Below, one piece after another: positions 1 to 13,694 of a DNA stretch of 64,000 nt (positions are counted from its first letter, which is position 1; each line of letters opens with the position of its first letter). The stretch comes from Leucoraja erinacea. Lineage: Eukaryota. The notes beneath the pieces are model-generated. The model was not told the origin of the DNA. It saw only the letters and a list, made by a program, of their open reading frames with translations, and made no database searches. Made by a program: the position numbers and the translations under genes. The DNA lies in NCBI RefSeq assembly GCF_028641065.1, contig NC_073399.1:32736001-32800000 (forward strand), in the 5' to 3' direction.

Positions 1-444
1 GAGGTCCCGGTGGGTGGGTGGTTGGTGAGGCAGCGAGGTGAGTAGATCTTGAGGCCCTAAGCTTATGCAACAAGTGTCATCTTGGACTTGAACGAACGCA
101 AGGATTTCATTTGTCTTGTGAGTGGCGCAGTGTTAATGTGGTAGGAGTGAGTGATGACAAAACAAAACATTTAATGAGTTTAAAGAAAAAAGATTTTTAA
201 GCACAAATATAGTGAAGGTCATAATCAGATGCCAAAAAAATCAATGGAACAGCCGGAAAAAAAGCAATCGAAAATGTAGTGTATGTGTCACTTAAATGGA
301 CGAAGCAAAAACAGGTCGAGTTTTTAGAACTGTATATAATATTGTATACAAAAGGTAGACACAGATATGTCTTCTGCTATTGAACTGCAAGAAAGAAACG
401 GCATCGACTTAGGGTATGTTCTACACTCTCGTAAGTCCTGTGCA

Positions 445-676
445 GTGGAATTCTCTGCCACAGAAGGTAGTCGAGGCCACAGTTCATTGGCTATATTTAA
501 GAGGGAGTTAGATGTGGCCCTTGTGGCAAAGGGGATCAGAGGGTATGGAGAGAAGGCAGGTACAGGATACTGAGTTGGATGATCAGCCATGATCATATTG
601 AATGGCGGTGTAGGCTCGAAGGGCCGAATGGCCTACTCCTGCACCTAATTTCTATGTTTCTATGTTTCTATGTTTC
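445..676 (+). mobile_element. CR1-clade LINE 3' end (family A, TTTCTATG-repeat tail), inserted in hAT transposase
   Basis: ORF2 C-terminus [18 protein letters not shown], followed by the 3' UTR GATCAGCCATGATCATATTGAATGGCGG and an octamer tail. Confidence 0.9.
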
Positions 677-1455
677 TCATCACATGGTGAACCAGATGCG
701 AAAGACAGTGGTGGAAAATATAATTTTAAAACGATCTAAAATGTCTATTATGATTGATGAATCTACTACAATTAATGGGACAACTGTTCTAGTAGTCTGC
801 TTGCGAGCAACAGTTGGTGAATCTTCCCAACCTATATCATTCTATTTTGAGAATATATGAGACTTAGAGCAAATGCAAAATCTATAAATGATGGGCTTCC
901 AAGTTGCTTACAAAGAGGTGGTTTTTCAATACAGTACCTAAATGAAAATGTGTTATCACTTGTAACTGATGGTGCATCAGTAATGTTAGGACGAAATGCA
1001 GGGGTTGCAAAACTATTTCTTGATGATTTCCCTAATGCAACTGTTGGCCCTGTGCTTGTCACAGGCTTGAACTCAGTGTAGGTGATGCTTTGTGATGTTG
1101 CAGGTTTGAATCATTTTCAGATATTTTGCGATAAATTGTATTCCTTATATCATAGGTCTCCTAAGAATCAGGATGAGTTAGCTGCCTGCGCTGAGCCTCT
1201 TCACTGTCAACTGTTGAAAATGGTCGTGTTTTCAGTGTGAGATGGGCTGCTTCATCTTACCGAACTGTAAAGGCAATGTGGCAGTCTTATAAAACTATTT
1301 GGGAGCATTTTGGAAAAGCAAGCAGTGATGCTTCAAGATCTAGTGCAGAGAGTGCAAAGTACGAGGAGCTGAAAAATGTATTAGAATCATCAGCTTCCGT
1401 AAATAATTTGGGCTTGTTGATGGACAGTTTGCTCGAGTTGTCAGAACGGTCACTT

Positions 1456-2516
1456 AATAATAATAACTTGATTTATAGAACACTTTAAAAACAACCACTG
1501 TTGCAACAAAGTGCTGTACATGACTAATCATGGACAAAAAAATATTATAGGACAATAAAAAGATTAAAAGAGAAAGTAAAAACAATTAAAAAAAATTAAA
1601 AAAAACCATTAAAAACACTAAAACAGGAGCAAAGTCTCATGCAGGGTCAAAAGCCAAGGAATAGAAATGGGTTTTAAGATTGGTTTTGAAGATGGACAGT
1701 GAGGGGGCCTGTCTGATGTGCAACGGCAGAGTGTTCCATAACGCCGGAGCAGCAACAGAGAAGGCTCTATCCCCTCTGAGCTTCCGCTTAGACCTCGGTA
1801 CCTCCAGGAGCAGCTGATCAGCTGACCTGAGGCACCGGGCAGGAGAGTATGGATGAAGCAGCTCAGAGAGGTAAGGCGGGGCGAGGCCATTTAAATATTT
1901 AAAAACAAATAAAAGAGTCTTAAAATGAACTCGAAAGTGCACCGGGAGCCAGTGGAGGGAGGCCAGAATTGGCGTTATGTGCTCCCTCTTTCGAGTTCCA
2001 GTTAAAAGGCGAGCAGCAGCATTTTGAACCAACTGGAGACGAGCCAGCGAAGATCGAGTAACTCCAAAATAGAGTGTGTTACAGTAATCCAGCCTAGATG
2101 TAATAAAGGCATGGATTACTGTTTTAAAATGCTGCCGCTCAAGAATGGGCTTCACCTTTGCCAGCTGCCTTAAATGAAAGAAGCTGGACTTTACTACCGC
2201 GCCTATTTGATGATCCAATTTAAAATCACTGTCCATCTAAAATCCTAGAAAGTTTAGGGCCATCCAGACATTATGTCATCAAGACATAACAGAAGTGATT
2301 TGACAGAGAATGCATCTTTCTTCCAGCGGCACATATAGTTGGCCATCATCAGCGTAACAATGAAAAGAGATGCCATGCTTTCTCAGAATGGAACCCAGAG
2401 GAAGTAAGTTCAGTGAGAAAAGCAGGGGCCCTAAAATTGAGCCCTGTGGAACCCCATATGACAGAGGGGCGGAGGAGGATTCAAAACCAGCAAGGCTTAC
2501 ACACATAGTTCTGTCT
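1456..2516 (-). mobile_element. L2-clade LINE, 5'-truncated
   Basis: RT motifs GVPQGSILGPLLF and YADD; C-terminal SRLDYCN, LQLVQNAAARLL, HITPILASLHWLPV; (TAT)n tail at ~1456-1466. Confidence 0.9.
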
Positions 2517-4736
2517 TGAACTGCAGAACCAAAACTGTACACTTAGTAAAGCACATGAGGAAATGAAATAAACTATCAGGGTTCTTGAATGTCAAATAGA
2601 GAAGCCAGGAAAATGTTATACTCAAGTGGAGAAAGCAACAAGCCAGATGATATTTAATGGAATAAATGTGAGAGTTTGTAAAGTACCTACTATACATAGA
2701 CAACAGTTTTTGAGGAGTTTAGTCAATAATATGAAATCCAGGCTGCTTAAATCCACAACAGCTTACAATGATAAATGTAACAAGTCAAAATATTTAGACA
2801 TTAACAATATTCCAGAAGATTCACTGTTTATCTTTGGGGAAAATGATGTAGAAGAAATAGCAGAACAATTTGGCTTAAATGGTCGGCTTTGTGTCTGAGC
2901 CTTCAGAGAAATCAAGGAATCTAAAGGGAAGATAGTTTCTGCAGATTTTCAGCAGCTGCTAACTGCTGTTAATACAATTCCAGTATCAACAGTAGAATGT
3001 GAAGGAAGCTTCAGTGGCATGAATGTCTGCATGTCCACACAACATGCAAGACTTCAAACTCTCAGCGTCTCCAATTTGTTAAGTTGGTGGGACCTCCTCC
3101 GTCAAAATTCAACCCCGGAGAATATGTGAGGACATGGCTTCTTAGTGGCAGAAGGCGTGCTGAAGAAACGGCATGCAGGAAGAAAGAGGTGACAGCAAAA
3201 CATTGAGATGATATGCCATTATGGAACATTTTGTAATGTAAACGAGAGAGAGAGAGAGAGATAGATGCCAGAACGCAGCTATGACATATAATACACAATA
3301 AACAGTTATGCATTCTTTTACTCTTGCATGGGTATGACTGCACATCACCCCCCCTTCCTTCCATCAGCCTCATGGACCTTAGAGTACCCCTAGTTCCTAA
3401 AACCCATTTCCATCACTGTAAATAACAATATTAAATTTGAATATTCAAATGCCTTTGTTGAGGCAAGCTACCTACTGTCAACATTCATAAACCTTCTGAG
3501 GGCAGATGCCAACATTGGAAACATCCTCCTGCTGCCATAGTATTGTGAAGGGTAGATCTTTGGATATATCAACACCCCAAGTAATGACTGGCTGAACAAA
3601 TATGTCTATGGCGATGGAGGCAGATGCTGGAATAGTGGGCAAAGCACATATTGCTGAAATAATTCAAAAGGCCATGCTACATCTGTGGAAGGAATGGACA
3701 GATGACATTTTGGGGCAGGACTCTTTTACAGACTTAACAAGGGTCCCAACCTGAAAGGTTGTCTATCATGTTCCTCCACAGACCACAGTTTAATTCACCT
3801 CGTGGTAACATTATTAGTTCGGAACCTCCCTAGTCTCATTCGAGGGTTGAAAACACATGGCCACTTATACCTTTGTCACAATGGTGTAAAATATCTGAGC
3901 TCACAGGTTCTATTCCCTGTTTCCAATGCTTGCACCTTCATCCGCTGTTACTCTCACTTCCCTCTCAGTGCAGTGGCTGTTGAAATATTTGTCACGTAAC
4001 CTTGTTTTTGTACATTTAGCCACTGCCTGCCAGAATGTAGCATGGTTGTGTAGGAAAGAACTGCGGATGCTGGTTTAAATCGAAGATAGACACAAAATGA
4101 TGGAGTAACTCAGTGGGGCAGGCAGTATCCATGGAGAGAAGGAATGGGTGATGTTTCGAGTCGAGACCCTTCTTCAAACTGAATGTAGCATGGTTGTGTC
4201 AGTTTCCAAAGCAAACATATTATGTGGCCCCCCAGCTGTATCCCGATATCTTGATCCCTCTACAGGCAGTGCTTATTTAGTTCAGGTACTTTTTTTAGCA
4301 ATTTTTTTAATGAATCACTGCTTGTAAGTTAAATTTGGAGGTGCTTTGTGAGCAGAAAGGAGATGAGGAGGGATTTCTTTAGTCAGTGGGTGGTGAATCT
4401 GTGGAATTATTTGCCACAGGCGGCTGTGGAGGCCAATTCATTGGGTATTTTTAAGACGCAGATTGATTGATTCTTGATTAATAAAGGTGTCAAGGGTTAT
4501 GGGGAGAAGGCAAGAGAATGGGATTGAGAAGGAAAGATGGATCAGCCATGATTGAATGGCGGAGCAGGCTTGATGAGCCGAATGGTCTAACTTCTGCTCA
4601 TAACTTATGGGCTCACAAGTATAAATATGTGTAGGAGGAAATGGAAGTTAATAAGAGTTCTGACCTCTCAGATATATATATGACATGAGTGAATATTTTT
4701 TTGACCTAACATTAAGAATACACAAGCACAATGCAA

Positions 4737-4950
4737 GAGACCCAGGTTTCATTACATTCTCCCTATGGGTTTTCTCCAGGTGCTGCAATTTGCTCCCACA
4801 CTCCAAAGGTGTACAAGTTCGGAGGTTAATTGGCTTCTGAAATTTGTCCCTAGTGTGTAGGATAGTGCTAGTGTACAGTTGGTTGCTGGTTGGCATGGAC
4901 TCGGTGGGCTGAAGGGCCTGTTTCCACGCTGCATCTCTAAAGTCCAAAGT
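4737..4950 (+). mobile_element. HE1-like V-SINE, partial
   Basis: SINE body GTTTTCTCCAGGTGCT..CCCACACTCCAAAG and tail GGGCTGAAGGGCCTGTTTCC..CTGCATCTCTAAA. Confidence 0.75.
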
Positions 4951-4969
4951 CACATATAAGCATGTAAGC

Positions 4970-5285
4970 AAAAGTAAGCATGCAGGTACAGCAGGCAGTG
5001 AAGAAAGCGAATGGCATGTTGGCCTTCAAAACAAGAGTTGAGTATCGGAGCAAAGAGGTCCTTCTGCAGTTGTACAAGGCCCTAGTGAGACCACACTTGG
5101 AGTATTGTGTGCAGTTTTGGTCTCCAAATGTGTGGATTTACATGCTTGCCATTGAGGGAGTGCAGCGTAGGTTCACGAGGTTAATTCCGGGGATGGCGGG
5201 ACTGTCATATGTTGAAAGAATGGAGCGACTGGACTTGTATACACTGGAATTTAGAAGGATGAGAGGGTCTCTTATTGAAACATAG
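4970..5285 (+). mobile_element. CR1-clade LINE ORF2 fragment
   Basis: LYKALVRPHLEYCVQFWSP and VQRRFTRLIPG motifs. Confidence 0.9.
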
Positions 5286-5289
5286 AATT

Positions 5290-7870
5290 TTTCCTGGATA
5301 ATGGATATCCCGGTTAGGGCAACCATGGGAGCATAGAGCATTCCCTATGGTCTAACCTCAGCCCTAAACTACTGTAAATATTAAAAAATGGCCATGAAAA
5401 TATTAAGAAAACAAGCATAATCATGGCATATATGGGATGATATCCTCATATTAGGGGAAACAAAGGAATTAGCTGTGGGAGCAGTTCTAGCTACGAAACA
5501 GCTCTCTAAAGCTCTGAGGTTTATCCCACGCCCAGATATACCAGAATTGAAGCGTTAACTACCAAGGATTATCTGGGCTTCAATAATAATTCCGTCCATA
5601 TGACTGTTACTTTGCCAAGGTACTTGGGTCACTATAATCAAATCATGAATGTACCCACTGAAGCTATATCACAATTAAGGTGGTGGGTAGACATATATTT
5701 GGCATAGTTCTCAGCCCTATTATCATCACCAATCCCAATTTGGTTATTAAAAACCGATGCCAGTACTTTAGGCTGGGGAGCAACTAAACTCCATATCCAG
5801 CACAGGTAACAGATGGACCAATTCACAAACATCGTTACTACACATACCGGGCATCAACTACTTGGGATTGGTGATCGCCTATTGGGCTAAAAAGCATATG
5901 CATTTCAAATGCAGCACGCACATATGTGGTTACGGATTGATAATACTATGGTGGTGGCTTACATCAACCATATGGGGAGCATAATAATCATTATTGTGGA
6001 ACAAATTGGTCAAACAAATCTGGCAATGGTGTGTCAAAAGACATTTTAACTATCAGCTGCCTAGAACACAGTGGGAGACACCATGTCACGGGGTAAAATT
6101 TATGATTACATTGAATAGATGTCAAACCCAAAATATCTGCTAAAGGTATTAAGCAGTTTGAAAGCCAGATATCAATTTGGTTGCACAAGAAGGAATCACC
6201 AGTAACCTATGTATGTGACTTAGGAACCAGATTAGAGGCAGCAGCGATAGATGCCTACACGCTGGAAGGGGGAATTTTTGCTTTGCCTTCCTCCCTTCTG
6301 CCTCATCAGACGAGCATTTCGCAATACAGATGGGATCTGTCTCCGAGGTATTGAACGTGCCCGACCGGCCTACACAGCCATGGTTCCCAGTTCATCACGA
6401 CACGGTGGGCGAGTCACCTATGGATTTCCCTAGTGGACCATGGTTGCTGACTCAACCCAGTATCAGGCACAAGCCACCCATGCCAGGGAAACATCAAACT
6501 CCTGGGTGCAGGTTTTGAATAGACCTTACCAGGGACTGGGATTATCCAAAGGAACCATTACCACCATGTCGGCATCCCTGCGAACAGTCACTAAAAGCTA
6601 ACATGGGTAAAATACTGCCACGACGCAGGGACAACGAACTATTCAACCACTGACGTATTGGAGTTCCTGGAACATCTACACCATGACTAAAAGGTGAGTT
6701 ACAGTGCCGTAAATACAGCATGGAGCGCCTTATCTGCTTATCTAAAACAGCATGACAGCAGAGCATGGGATCCCATCTACTGAAGGTAAACTTATGAAGG
6801 GCAACTATAATAATGCCCCAAAAACCCAGGTATACCCATGTATGGGATATTGGTGTGATATTGACATACCTCAGAGAATGGCACCAGCCAGATCCCTCAG
6901 CTTGCTCAATCTATGTTAAAAACGCTCATGCTTATGGCTCTCGTACACGCTCACAGAGTCCAGTCACTCCATAAACTAGCCTGGATAACATGGTGATTAC
7001 CCCAGACGCATCACGTTCATATTCTACGTCTGGGAAATCTAACTCGCAGGTATATGGGACTAGGCGAGATTATGAGTTCGGCACGGACTAGTAAGGTCGA
7101 GATCGCCTGTGTTTTCCTTGCTGTAATCGTTATATGGCTATATGGACCAGGAACGCCCAATTAACTGGTGGGATTCCGGGCCTACCCACCAGAGTCCAGG
7201 TTGAGTGTGGTGACCCATCTACTACTATATATAGACACAACCCACAATCTTAGAGGGAGAGGAAAGCCTATGGGTCAACCACAGAAACCCCAAGACGGGG
7301 TACGAGCCAAACCACTCCAAGGTGGCTCAAACAGGTACTGAAAGCTGCCGGAATAGATAATAATACATTTTAATCCCATTCCACTAGGGCAGCATTGGTA
7401 TCAGCGGCTGAACGAATGGACATCCCGGTTGACCACATTCTCAATACGGCAGAATGGTCAAGGGAATGACGTTCAGAACAATTTTATTATAAACCGTTGA
7501 TAAACCTGATTTAATTGCAGGAAGAATATTACAAACTGCAATATTAATTTAAGCTCAGGGGAGCTCTTTATGTTGTTATTGTTAACAAATACCCTTCTGT
7601 TTCTTGTGAAAGCAGATCCACTGGTTGATTACGATAACACTTCCTCCCTCAAAAACTTCGGCAGTGAGTGAAATAAAAACTGTTACACGGTTTGAAATCA
7701 CAGACTTTGAAGTCTTCACGGAATCACTCACGTGACTCCGAAGTAAAATAGTAAGATTAAACGAGTACTTACCAGTATGAAGTTTGATCTGTATTTTATG
7801 AGGAGTTACGGTGAGGTATTACGTGCCCGCCGCTCCCACCCTCAATATATAGATCAAACTAATAAACTGA
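5290..7870 (+). mobile_element. DIRS1-like tyrosine-recombinase retrotransposon, decayed 3' two-thirds (RT, RNase H, MT-like, YR, terminal region)
   Basis: RT-like DDILIL (~5437); RNase H TDASTLGWGA (5753-5782) and DNTMVVAYINHMG (~5939-5977); PPFCLI and PTQPWFP (~6290-6390); recombinase HSTRAA (~7376-7395) and HILNTAEWS; domain order typical of DIRS. Confidence 0.9.
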
Positions 7871-8267
7871 TGTCTCATGATCTTTACTATCTTTACTATC
7901 TTTACTAAAGAAGGCAGGAACAGGGTGATCGGCCATGATCCCTGAGAATGGCAGTACTGGCTCAAAGGGCCGAATGGCCTACTCCTGCACCTACTGTATT
8001 GTCTATTGTCTATTGTCACATGCTCCAAGATCCAACAATATCAGGACCGGGACATTCCCTCGTTAATCAGTACAGTAAACAAACTATTAACTTTAAACTT
8101 TTCCTGTTTATTCATGAAGGTTCATAAATAAAGAGAAAGTAAATCATGAACTCTACCACAAGTAAAAGTGGAAATCCAATTGACTGTGGAGCTAGGAAAA
8201 GCAATAACAAGATCCAAAATGAGTCAACTAATGTTGAAAATGAGAATTAGATTAAAATAAACATACT

Positions 8268-9184
8268 CAAGTCAAGTCAAGTTTATTTGTCACATACACA
8301 TGCGAGATGTGCAGTGAAATGAAAGTGGCAATGCTGCGGACTTTTGTGCAAAAGACAAAACAACCAAACAAACCATAAACACAATCATAACACACATATT
8401 CTTTTACATCATAAATAATGGAAGGAAAAACGTCCAGTAGAGTTAGTCCCTGGTGAGATAGGCGTTTACAGTCCGAATTGCCTCTGGGAAGAAACTCCTT
8501 CTCAACCTCTCCGTTCTCACCGCATGGCAACGGAGGCGTTTGCCTGACCGTAGCAGCTGGAACAGTCCGTTGCAGGGGTGGAAGGGGTCTCCCATGATTT
8601 TATTTGCTCTGGAGTTGCACCTCCTGTTGTATAGTTCCTGCAGGGGGGTGAGTGAAGTTCCCATAGTGCGTTCGGCCGAACGCACTACTCTCTGCAGAGC
8701 CTTCCTGTCCTTGGCAGAGCAATTCCCAAACCAGATGGTAATGTTCCCGGACAAGATGCTTTCCACCGCCGATGCGTAGAAGCACTGGAGGATCCTCGGA
8801 GACACTCTGAATTTCCTCAATTGCCTGAGGTGGTAAAGGCGCTGCCTTGCCTTACTCACGAGTGCTGAGGCGTGTGATGCCCATGTCATATCCTCGGAGA
8901 TGTGGACTCCCAGATATTTAAAACAGTTCACCCTATCCACAGGATCCCCATTTATCCTCAATGGAGTGTACGTCCTCGGATGATGTGCCCTCCTAAAGTC
9001 CATGATCAGCTCCTTCGTTTTTTTAATGTTCAAGAGGAGGCAGTTATCCTGGCACCAGAGTGCTAGATCAGCCACCTCCTCCCGGTAGGCCTTCTCGTCG
9101 TTGTCTGAGATCAGGCCCACCACCACAGTGTCATCAGCAAACTTAATTAATGAGTTGGAGCTGAACCTAGCCACACAGTCATGT
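8268..9184 (-). mobile_element. Rex1/Babar-type LINE, 5'-truncated, open RT C-terminal ORF
   Basis: KFADDT, NIKKTKELIMDFRR and FKYLGVHISEDMTW motifs; 3' stem-loop, GTGACAAATAAA and (CTTGA)n tail; near-identical to the copy at 22245-23070. Confidence 0.9.
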
Positions 9185-9215
9185 AACTTGTAGGATTGTT
9201 ACAATTACAGTTTTA

Positions 9216-9690
9216 CATAGAAACATAGAAAATAGGTGCAGGAGGAGGCCATTCGGCCCTTCGAGCCAGCACCACCATTCATTGTGATCATGGCTGATCG
9301 TCCCCTATCAATAACCCGTGCCTGCCTTCTCCCCATATCCCTTGACTCCACTAGCCCCTAGAGCTCCATCTAACTCTCTCTTAAATCCATCCAGTGACTT
9401 GGCCTCCACTGCCCTCTGTGGAAGGGAATTCCATAAATTCACAACCCTCTGGGTGAAAAAGTTTTTTCTCACCTCAGTCTTAAATGGTCTCCCCTTTATT
9501 CTAAGACTATGGCCCCTGGTACTGGACTCGCCCAATATTGGGAACATTTTTCCTGCATCTAGCTTGTCCAGTCCTTTTATAATTTAATATGTTTCTATAA
9601 GATCTCCCCTCATCCTTCTAAACTCCAGTGAATACAAACCTAGTCTTTTAAATCTTTCCCCATATGGCAGTCCCGCCATCCCAGGGATCA
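9216..9690 (-). mobile_element. CR1-clade LINE 3' portion
   Basis: [22 protein letters not shown] motif and TTTCTATG tail. Confidence 0.9.
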
Positions 9691-9924
9691 AGGGATTTAA
9701 CCCAAATATATAAAAAGGAAAGGCAACAACACAACCTCAACAATAATTTGCAACACTAATGCCCTGTAACGATTTGTTCCCAAACCCTTTCTTTACTTTT
9801 TCAAGTTCAGAAATGAACTGTATTCGTAATAAAACATATACAAAGTGAAAGAACAGTGCAAAACTCTTAATACATTCTTAGTGTCTGTTCAATATTGTTA
9901 GTGTTATTCCACATATGGTAGCAC

Positions 9925-10417
9925 TGGGGTTTCCAACTTTCTAAATCCCAAACAAGGGACAAAAGGTCAAAATAAGGGACAAATTCCTGCTGGCAATTCG
10001 TTGACTGACTGGGCTATGGCTGGGTGAATAATGAGTTGGCCCGGATGCTGGACTGTACACAAAGCCCAGCCGGTGGGCCAGCTGAGGAGTTTTGGCCCGG
10101 GCACTGGACTTTGTGTGTGCGTGGGCCTGGGCCAAAACTCCTCAGCTGGTCGGCCAGCTGAGCTTTGTCTTCTGCTGCATGCAATGTCTGGCACCCCATC
10201 CAACTCATGAACTGTTGAGGCGCTGCTGCTGCACGCCATGGGCTGCACTACAACGGGACGGGTGAGGTGGGGCCGTACGCGGGTCTCCGACCCGACAGTA
10301 TCCTCGACCCGAGTAGTAGCATTCAAATACGGGACAAGGGCGGACCCAGTATGGGTCCATTCAATTTAGCCCAATACACGGGATGTCCTGGCTAATATGG
10401 GACAGTTGGCAACCTTA
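9925..10417. mobile_element. Non-autonomous hAT element (MITE)
   Basis: Imperfect TIRs TGGGGTTTCCAAC / GTTGGCAACCTTA; 8-bp TSD GGTAGCAC (9917-9924) / GTTAGCAC (10418-10425). Confidence 0.8.
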
Positions 10418-10519
10418 GTTAGCACTTCCCTTTTTCTTTACACAATGCACCCTTGTCCCTCATTTGACCCCCTGGGGTGATGTCCCTTTCCTTGTATGAG
10501 GCCATATTCCTACAGACAC

Positions 10520-11250
10520 AGTACTGCACAGACAAATTCTGCTCCAACTTCATTCACAGTTTGCAGATGACACCACTGTGTTGGGCCTGAACTATGATGT
10601 GACAGAGTTCAGAAAGGAGACAGAGAGTTTATTCAAATGGGGACAAGACAACAACTCTCTCTCTCAGCATCAACAAGGTGAAGGAGCAAGTTATTGACCA
10701 GGAAATGAGGTGGCGTACATGCCCCAGTCAGTATCAATGGTGCTGAAGTGAAGATGGTGGAGACCTTCAGTCCCAAGGTGTAAATATCACCAACAAGTCC
10801 TGGTCCAACCATGTTGAAGCTAGGGCCAATAATGCACACCAACATTCCCAATAGAGCAAAGGAAGTTTGGCATTCTCTAACAACTCTTGCCAACTTTTAC
10901 AGCCACCTCATCATCCTAATGGGATGTGTTACAAAGTTTCTGAACCTTTTCATACCGCTAGTTTCCCTCACCCCTGACTCACAGTCTGAAGAAGGGTCTG
11001 GACCCGAAATGCCACCTATTCCTTCTCTGTAGTGATGCTGCCTGTCCCGCTGATTTACTCCAGCATTTTGTGTCTATCCTCTGGGATGTATCACAACTTG
11101 GTTTGGCAACAGTTCTGCCCAAGGCCACAAGAAATTGCAGAGAGCTGTGGATGGGTGTTACTTCATCACACAAGCCAGCCTCACACCATCGATTCTATTT
11201 ACACTTCACACTGCCTCAGGAATGCGGCCAATATTATCAAAGATGACCAC
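10520..11250 (+). mobile_element. Old degenerate Rex1-like LINE fragment with a nested Penelope terminal fragment
   Basis: QFADDTTV-encoding sequence at ~10557-10580 and further Rex1-like remnants; Penelope terminal piece at ~10980-11080. Confidence 0.6.
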
Positions 11251-11483
11251 CCCCCCACCCTACATCAGTCTGAAGAAGGGTTTCGGCCAGAAACGTTGCC
11301 TATTTCCTTCCCTCCATAGATGCTGCCTCACCCGCTGAGTTTCTCCAGCACTTTTGTCTCCCTCCTAAGCCCATTCTCCTGCCTTCTCCCCTTAACCCCC
11401 GACACCCGTACTGATCAAGTTTAAGGAAGGACTCGATAAACCAGGGGGAGGGATGCTTTGTAATTATGGTGTGGAGGCAGAGC

Positions 11484-12007
11484 ATATAACCATATAACAA
11501 TTACAGCACGGAAACAGGCCATCTCGACCCTCTAGTCCGTGCCGAACACATAATCTCCCCTAGTCCCATCTACCTGCACTCAGACCATAACCCTCCATTC
11601 CCTTCCCATCCATATAACTATCCAATTTATTTTTAAATGATAAAAACGAACCTGCCTCCACCACCTTCACTGGAAACTCATTCCACACAGCTACCACTCT
11701 CTGAGTAAAGAAGTTCCCCCTCATGTTACCCCTAAACTTCAGTCCCTTAATTCTCAAATCATGTCCCCTTGTTTGAATCTTCCCTACTCTCAGTGGGAAA
11801 AGCTTTTCCACGTCAACTCTGTCTATCCCTCTCATCATTTTAAAAACCTCTATCAAGTCCCCCCTTAACCTTCTGCGCTCCAAAGAATAAAGCCCTAACT
11901 TGTTCAACCTTTCTCTGTAACTTAGTTGCTGAAACCCAGGCAACATTCTAGTAAATCTCCTCTGTACTCTCTCTATTTTGTTGACATCCTTCCTATACTT
12001 AGGCGAC
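11484..12007 (-). mobile_element. CR1/HER1-like LINE 3' portion (family B, TATATGGT tail)
   Basis: ORF 11560-12027 with VQRRFTRMLPG and FFTQRVVAVWNE; the same family occurs at 26965-27437 and 54800-55050. Confidence 0.9.
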
Positions 12008-12335
12008 CACGGAATGAAGGGAAACAAATCGGACTTATTTATCTCTATTTGGACTTTACTGCTACTGATTGTGGATGATCAGCCATGATCACATTGAATG
12101 GTGGTGGTGCTGGCTCGAAGGGCCGAATGGCCTACTCCTGCACCTATTGTCTATTGTCTTTACCTTGCACTAGACGTTATTCCCTTTATCCTCTATCTGC
12201 ACGCCGTGGACAGCTCGATTGTAATCATGTGTAGTTTTTCTGCTGACTGATTGGCTGTTCACTGTACCTCGGTCCACGTGCCAGGCCGAGCTTCCGTTGT
12301 GCTGCGTCTGTCTCTCATAGGATTGCCAAAGTAAA

Positions 12336-12740
12336 GGGCCTGTCCCACTTACGTGACCTTGGCTCGCAAATTACGCGACCTCGTGGTCGCTTGAGGCGTA
12401 CGGGCACCGTATGGCCGCGCGGGGCCGGTCCCACTTAGAAGTGTAGAATTGTGCGGGGCTGGTCCTGAGATCGCGTGGGGCTACGAAATTGTGGCAGTGG
12501 CCGAAATCTTCGTGCGCCAATGGCCTGTCGACAAACAGGCGCTTTGCAATCGTACGCAGCGTCTTGACGGCGTACGCCTAGCGCGTAGTGTTGCGCGATG
12601 ACGTCACCGCCCGGCGTGGCGTTGTGTGATGACGTCACCGCCAGATGCCGTGCGACGCCCAAATTCAGTCGGCCCGCCTCCTGCCCAGCTGATTGGTAAG
12701 TATGACGCAAATGACGTCACGCACGAACTTTAGCGCGTAC
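12336..12740. mobile_element. GC-rich non-autonomous DNA element, Harbinger-like terminus, right end missing
   Basis: Starts GGGCCTGTCCCACTT, similar to the terminus of the MITE at 27457-27692; internal TGACGTCA repeats. Confidence 0.5.
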
Positions 12741-13524
12741 TTAGATGCTTAAAAACACATTGCATCAGGTTCAGAAATAGCTACTTCCCCACTGTTGTCA
12801 GTCAACTGAATAGTCCCCCCCATGTGCCAGGATGTGACTCCATCTTCATCTACCTCATTGCAGAACCTGCACTTTGTACCTGTAACACTATAACTGTATA
12901 CTATATTCTACATTCTGGTGTTTTCTCCTTATACTTGAATATGACGTGACTATTCCTGTGTGGAATGATTTGACTGGATAGCATCTCAGTATAGATAATG
13001 ATATTAAACCAATAATAAGAAAACATGAGAGGTTAAGGGGAAAGGCCATTATTAAATACTGATGAGAAACAACAGAGTTAGAGTTGCCACCTTACAATGC
13101 CAGAGAACCAGGTTCGATCCTGTCTACGGGTGCAATGGAGTTTGTTCGTTCTGCCCATGACCTATGTGGATTTTCTCCGGGAACTCCGGTTACCTCCCAC
13201 ACTCCAAGGATGTACAGATTTATAGGTTAATTGGCTTCGGTAAAATGATAAATGATCCCCAGTGTGTAGGATAGCACTGGTGTACGGGTATCACTGGTCG
13301 GCGCAGACTTGGTGGGCCGAAGGGCCTGCAATTGAATTTGGAGCAAATTTTGTTTTCACTCAGTGTCAAACAAGGAGCAAATCATACAGTAAGTTGAGAC
13401 CCAAAAGGAACTACAGTACTACCAGTGGGACATCAATATTCTGGAGACTGAAGCTCGCCTAATATTTAATTTTCATGTAATATTTACACTTTTGTATATC
13501 GGCAGCACACATTCAAATCTCACA

Positions 13525-13660
13525 GCATCGTGGCTCAGTGGTTAGTGCTCCCATTTCTGGGTTGGAAGGTTGTGGGTTCAAATCCCACTCCAACGCACAG
13601 AAATCTAGTGATGTTTGGGTGCTGAACAGGGGGAGAACTGCAGTGGTGGGTCTGTTTTTC
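13525..13660 (+). mobile_element. Old tRNA-derived SINE head (SacSINE1/DeuSINE-like)
   Basis: A box GTGGCTCAGTGG and B box GGTTCAAATCC, followed by a body unlike HE1. Family assignment is from recall only. Confidence 0.45.
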
Positions 13661-13694
13661 AAACAGTGGCACAGGCAACACAGGCAGACATGAG

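Larger units (their letters stand above)
1..3418 (+). mobile_element. Decayed hAT DNA transposon (KIAA1586/ZNF862-like transposase pseudogene), interrupted by CR1 and L2 insertions; left end outside window
   Basis: Frameshifted transposase motifs in order: SIMIDESTT (~745-770), LVTDGASVMLGR (~960-995), RWAASSYRTVKA (~1240), and the dimerisation motif TIPVSTVECEGSFSGMN (~2974-3025). Right end reads CAGTGATGGAAATGGG on the minus strand at 3418 (hAT-like terminus). Confidence 0.85.

Noticed and set aside
13615-13694. N-terminus of the 472-aa ORF as a host or domesticated gene start
   Set aside because: It lies outside the TSD in SINE-derived sequence and is a chance read-through into a truncated Penelope ORF.
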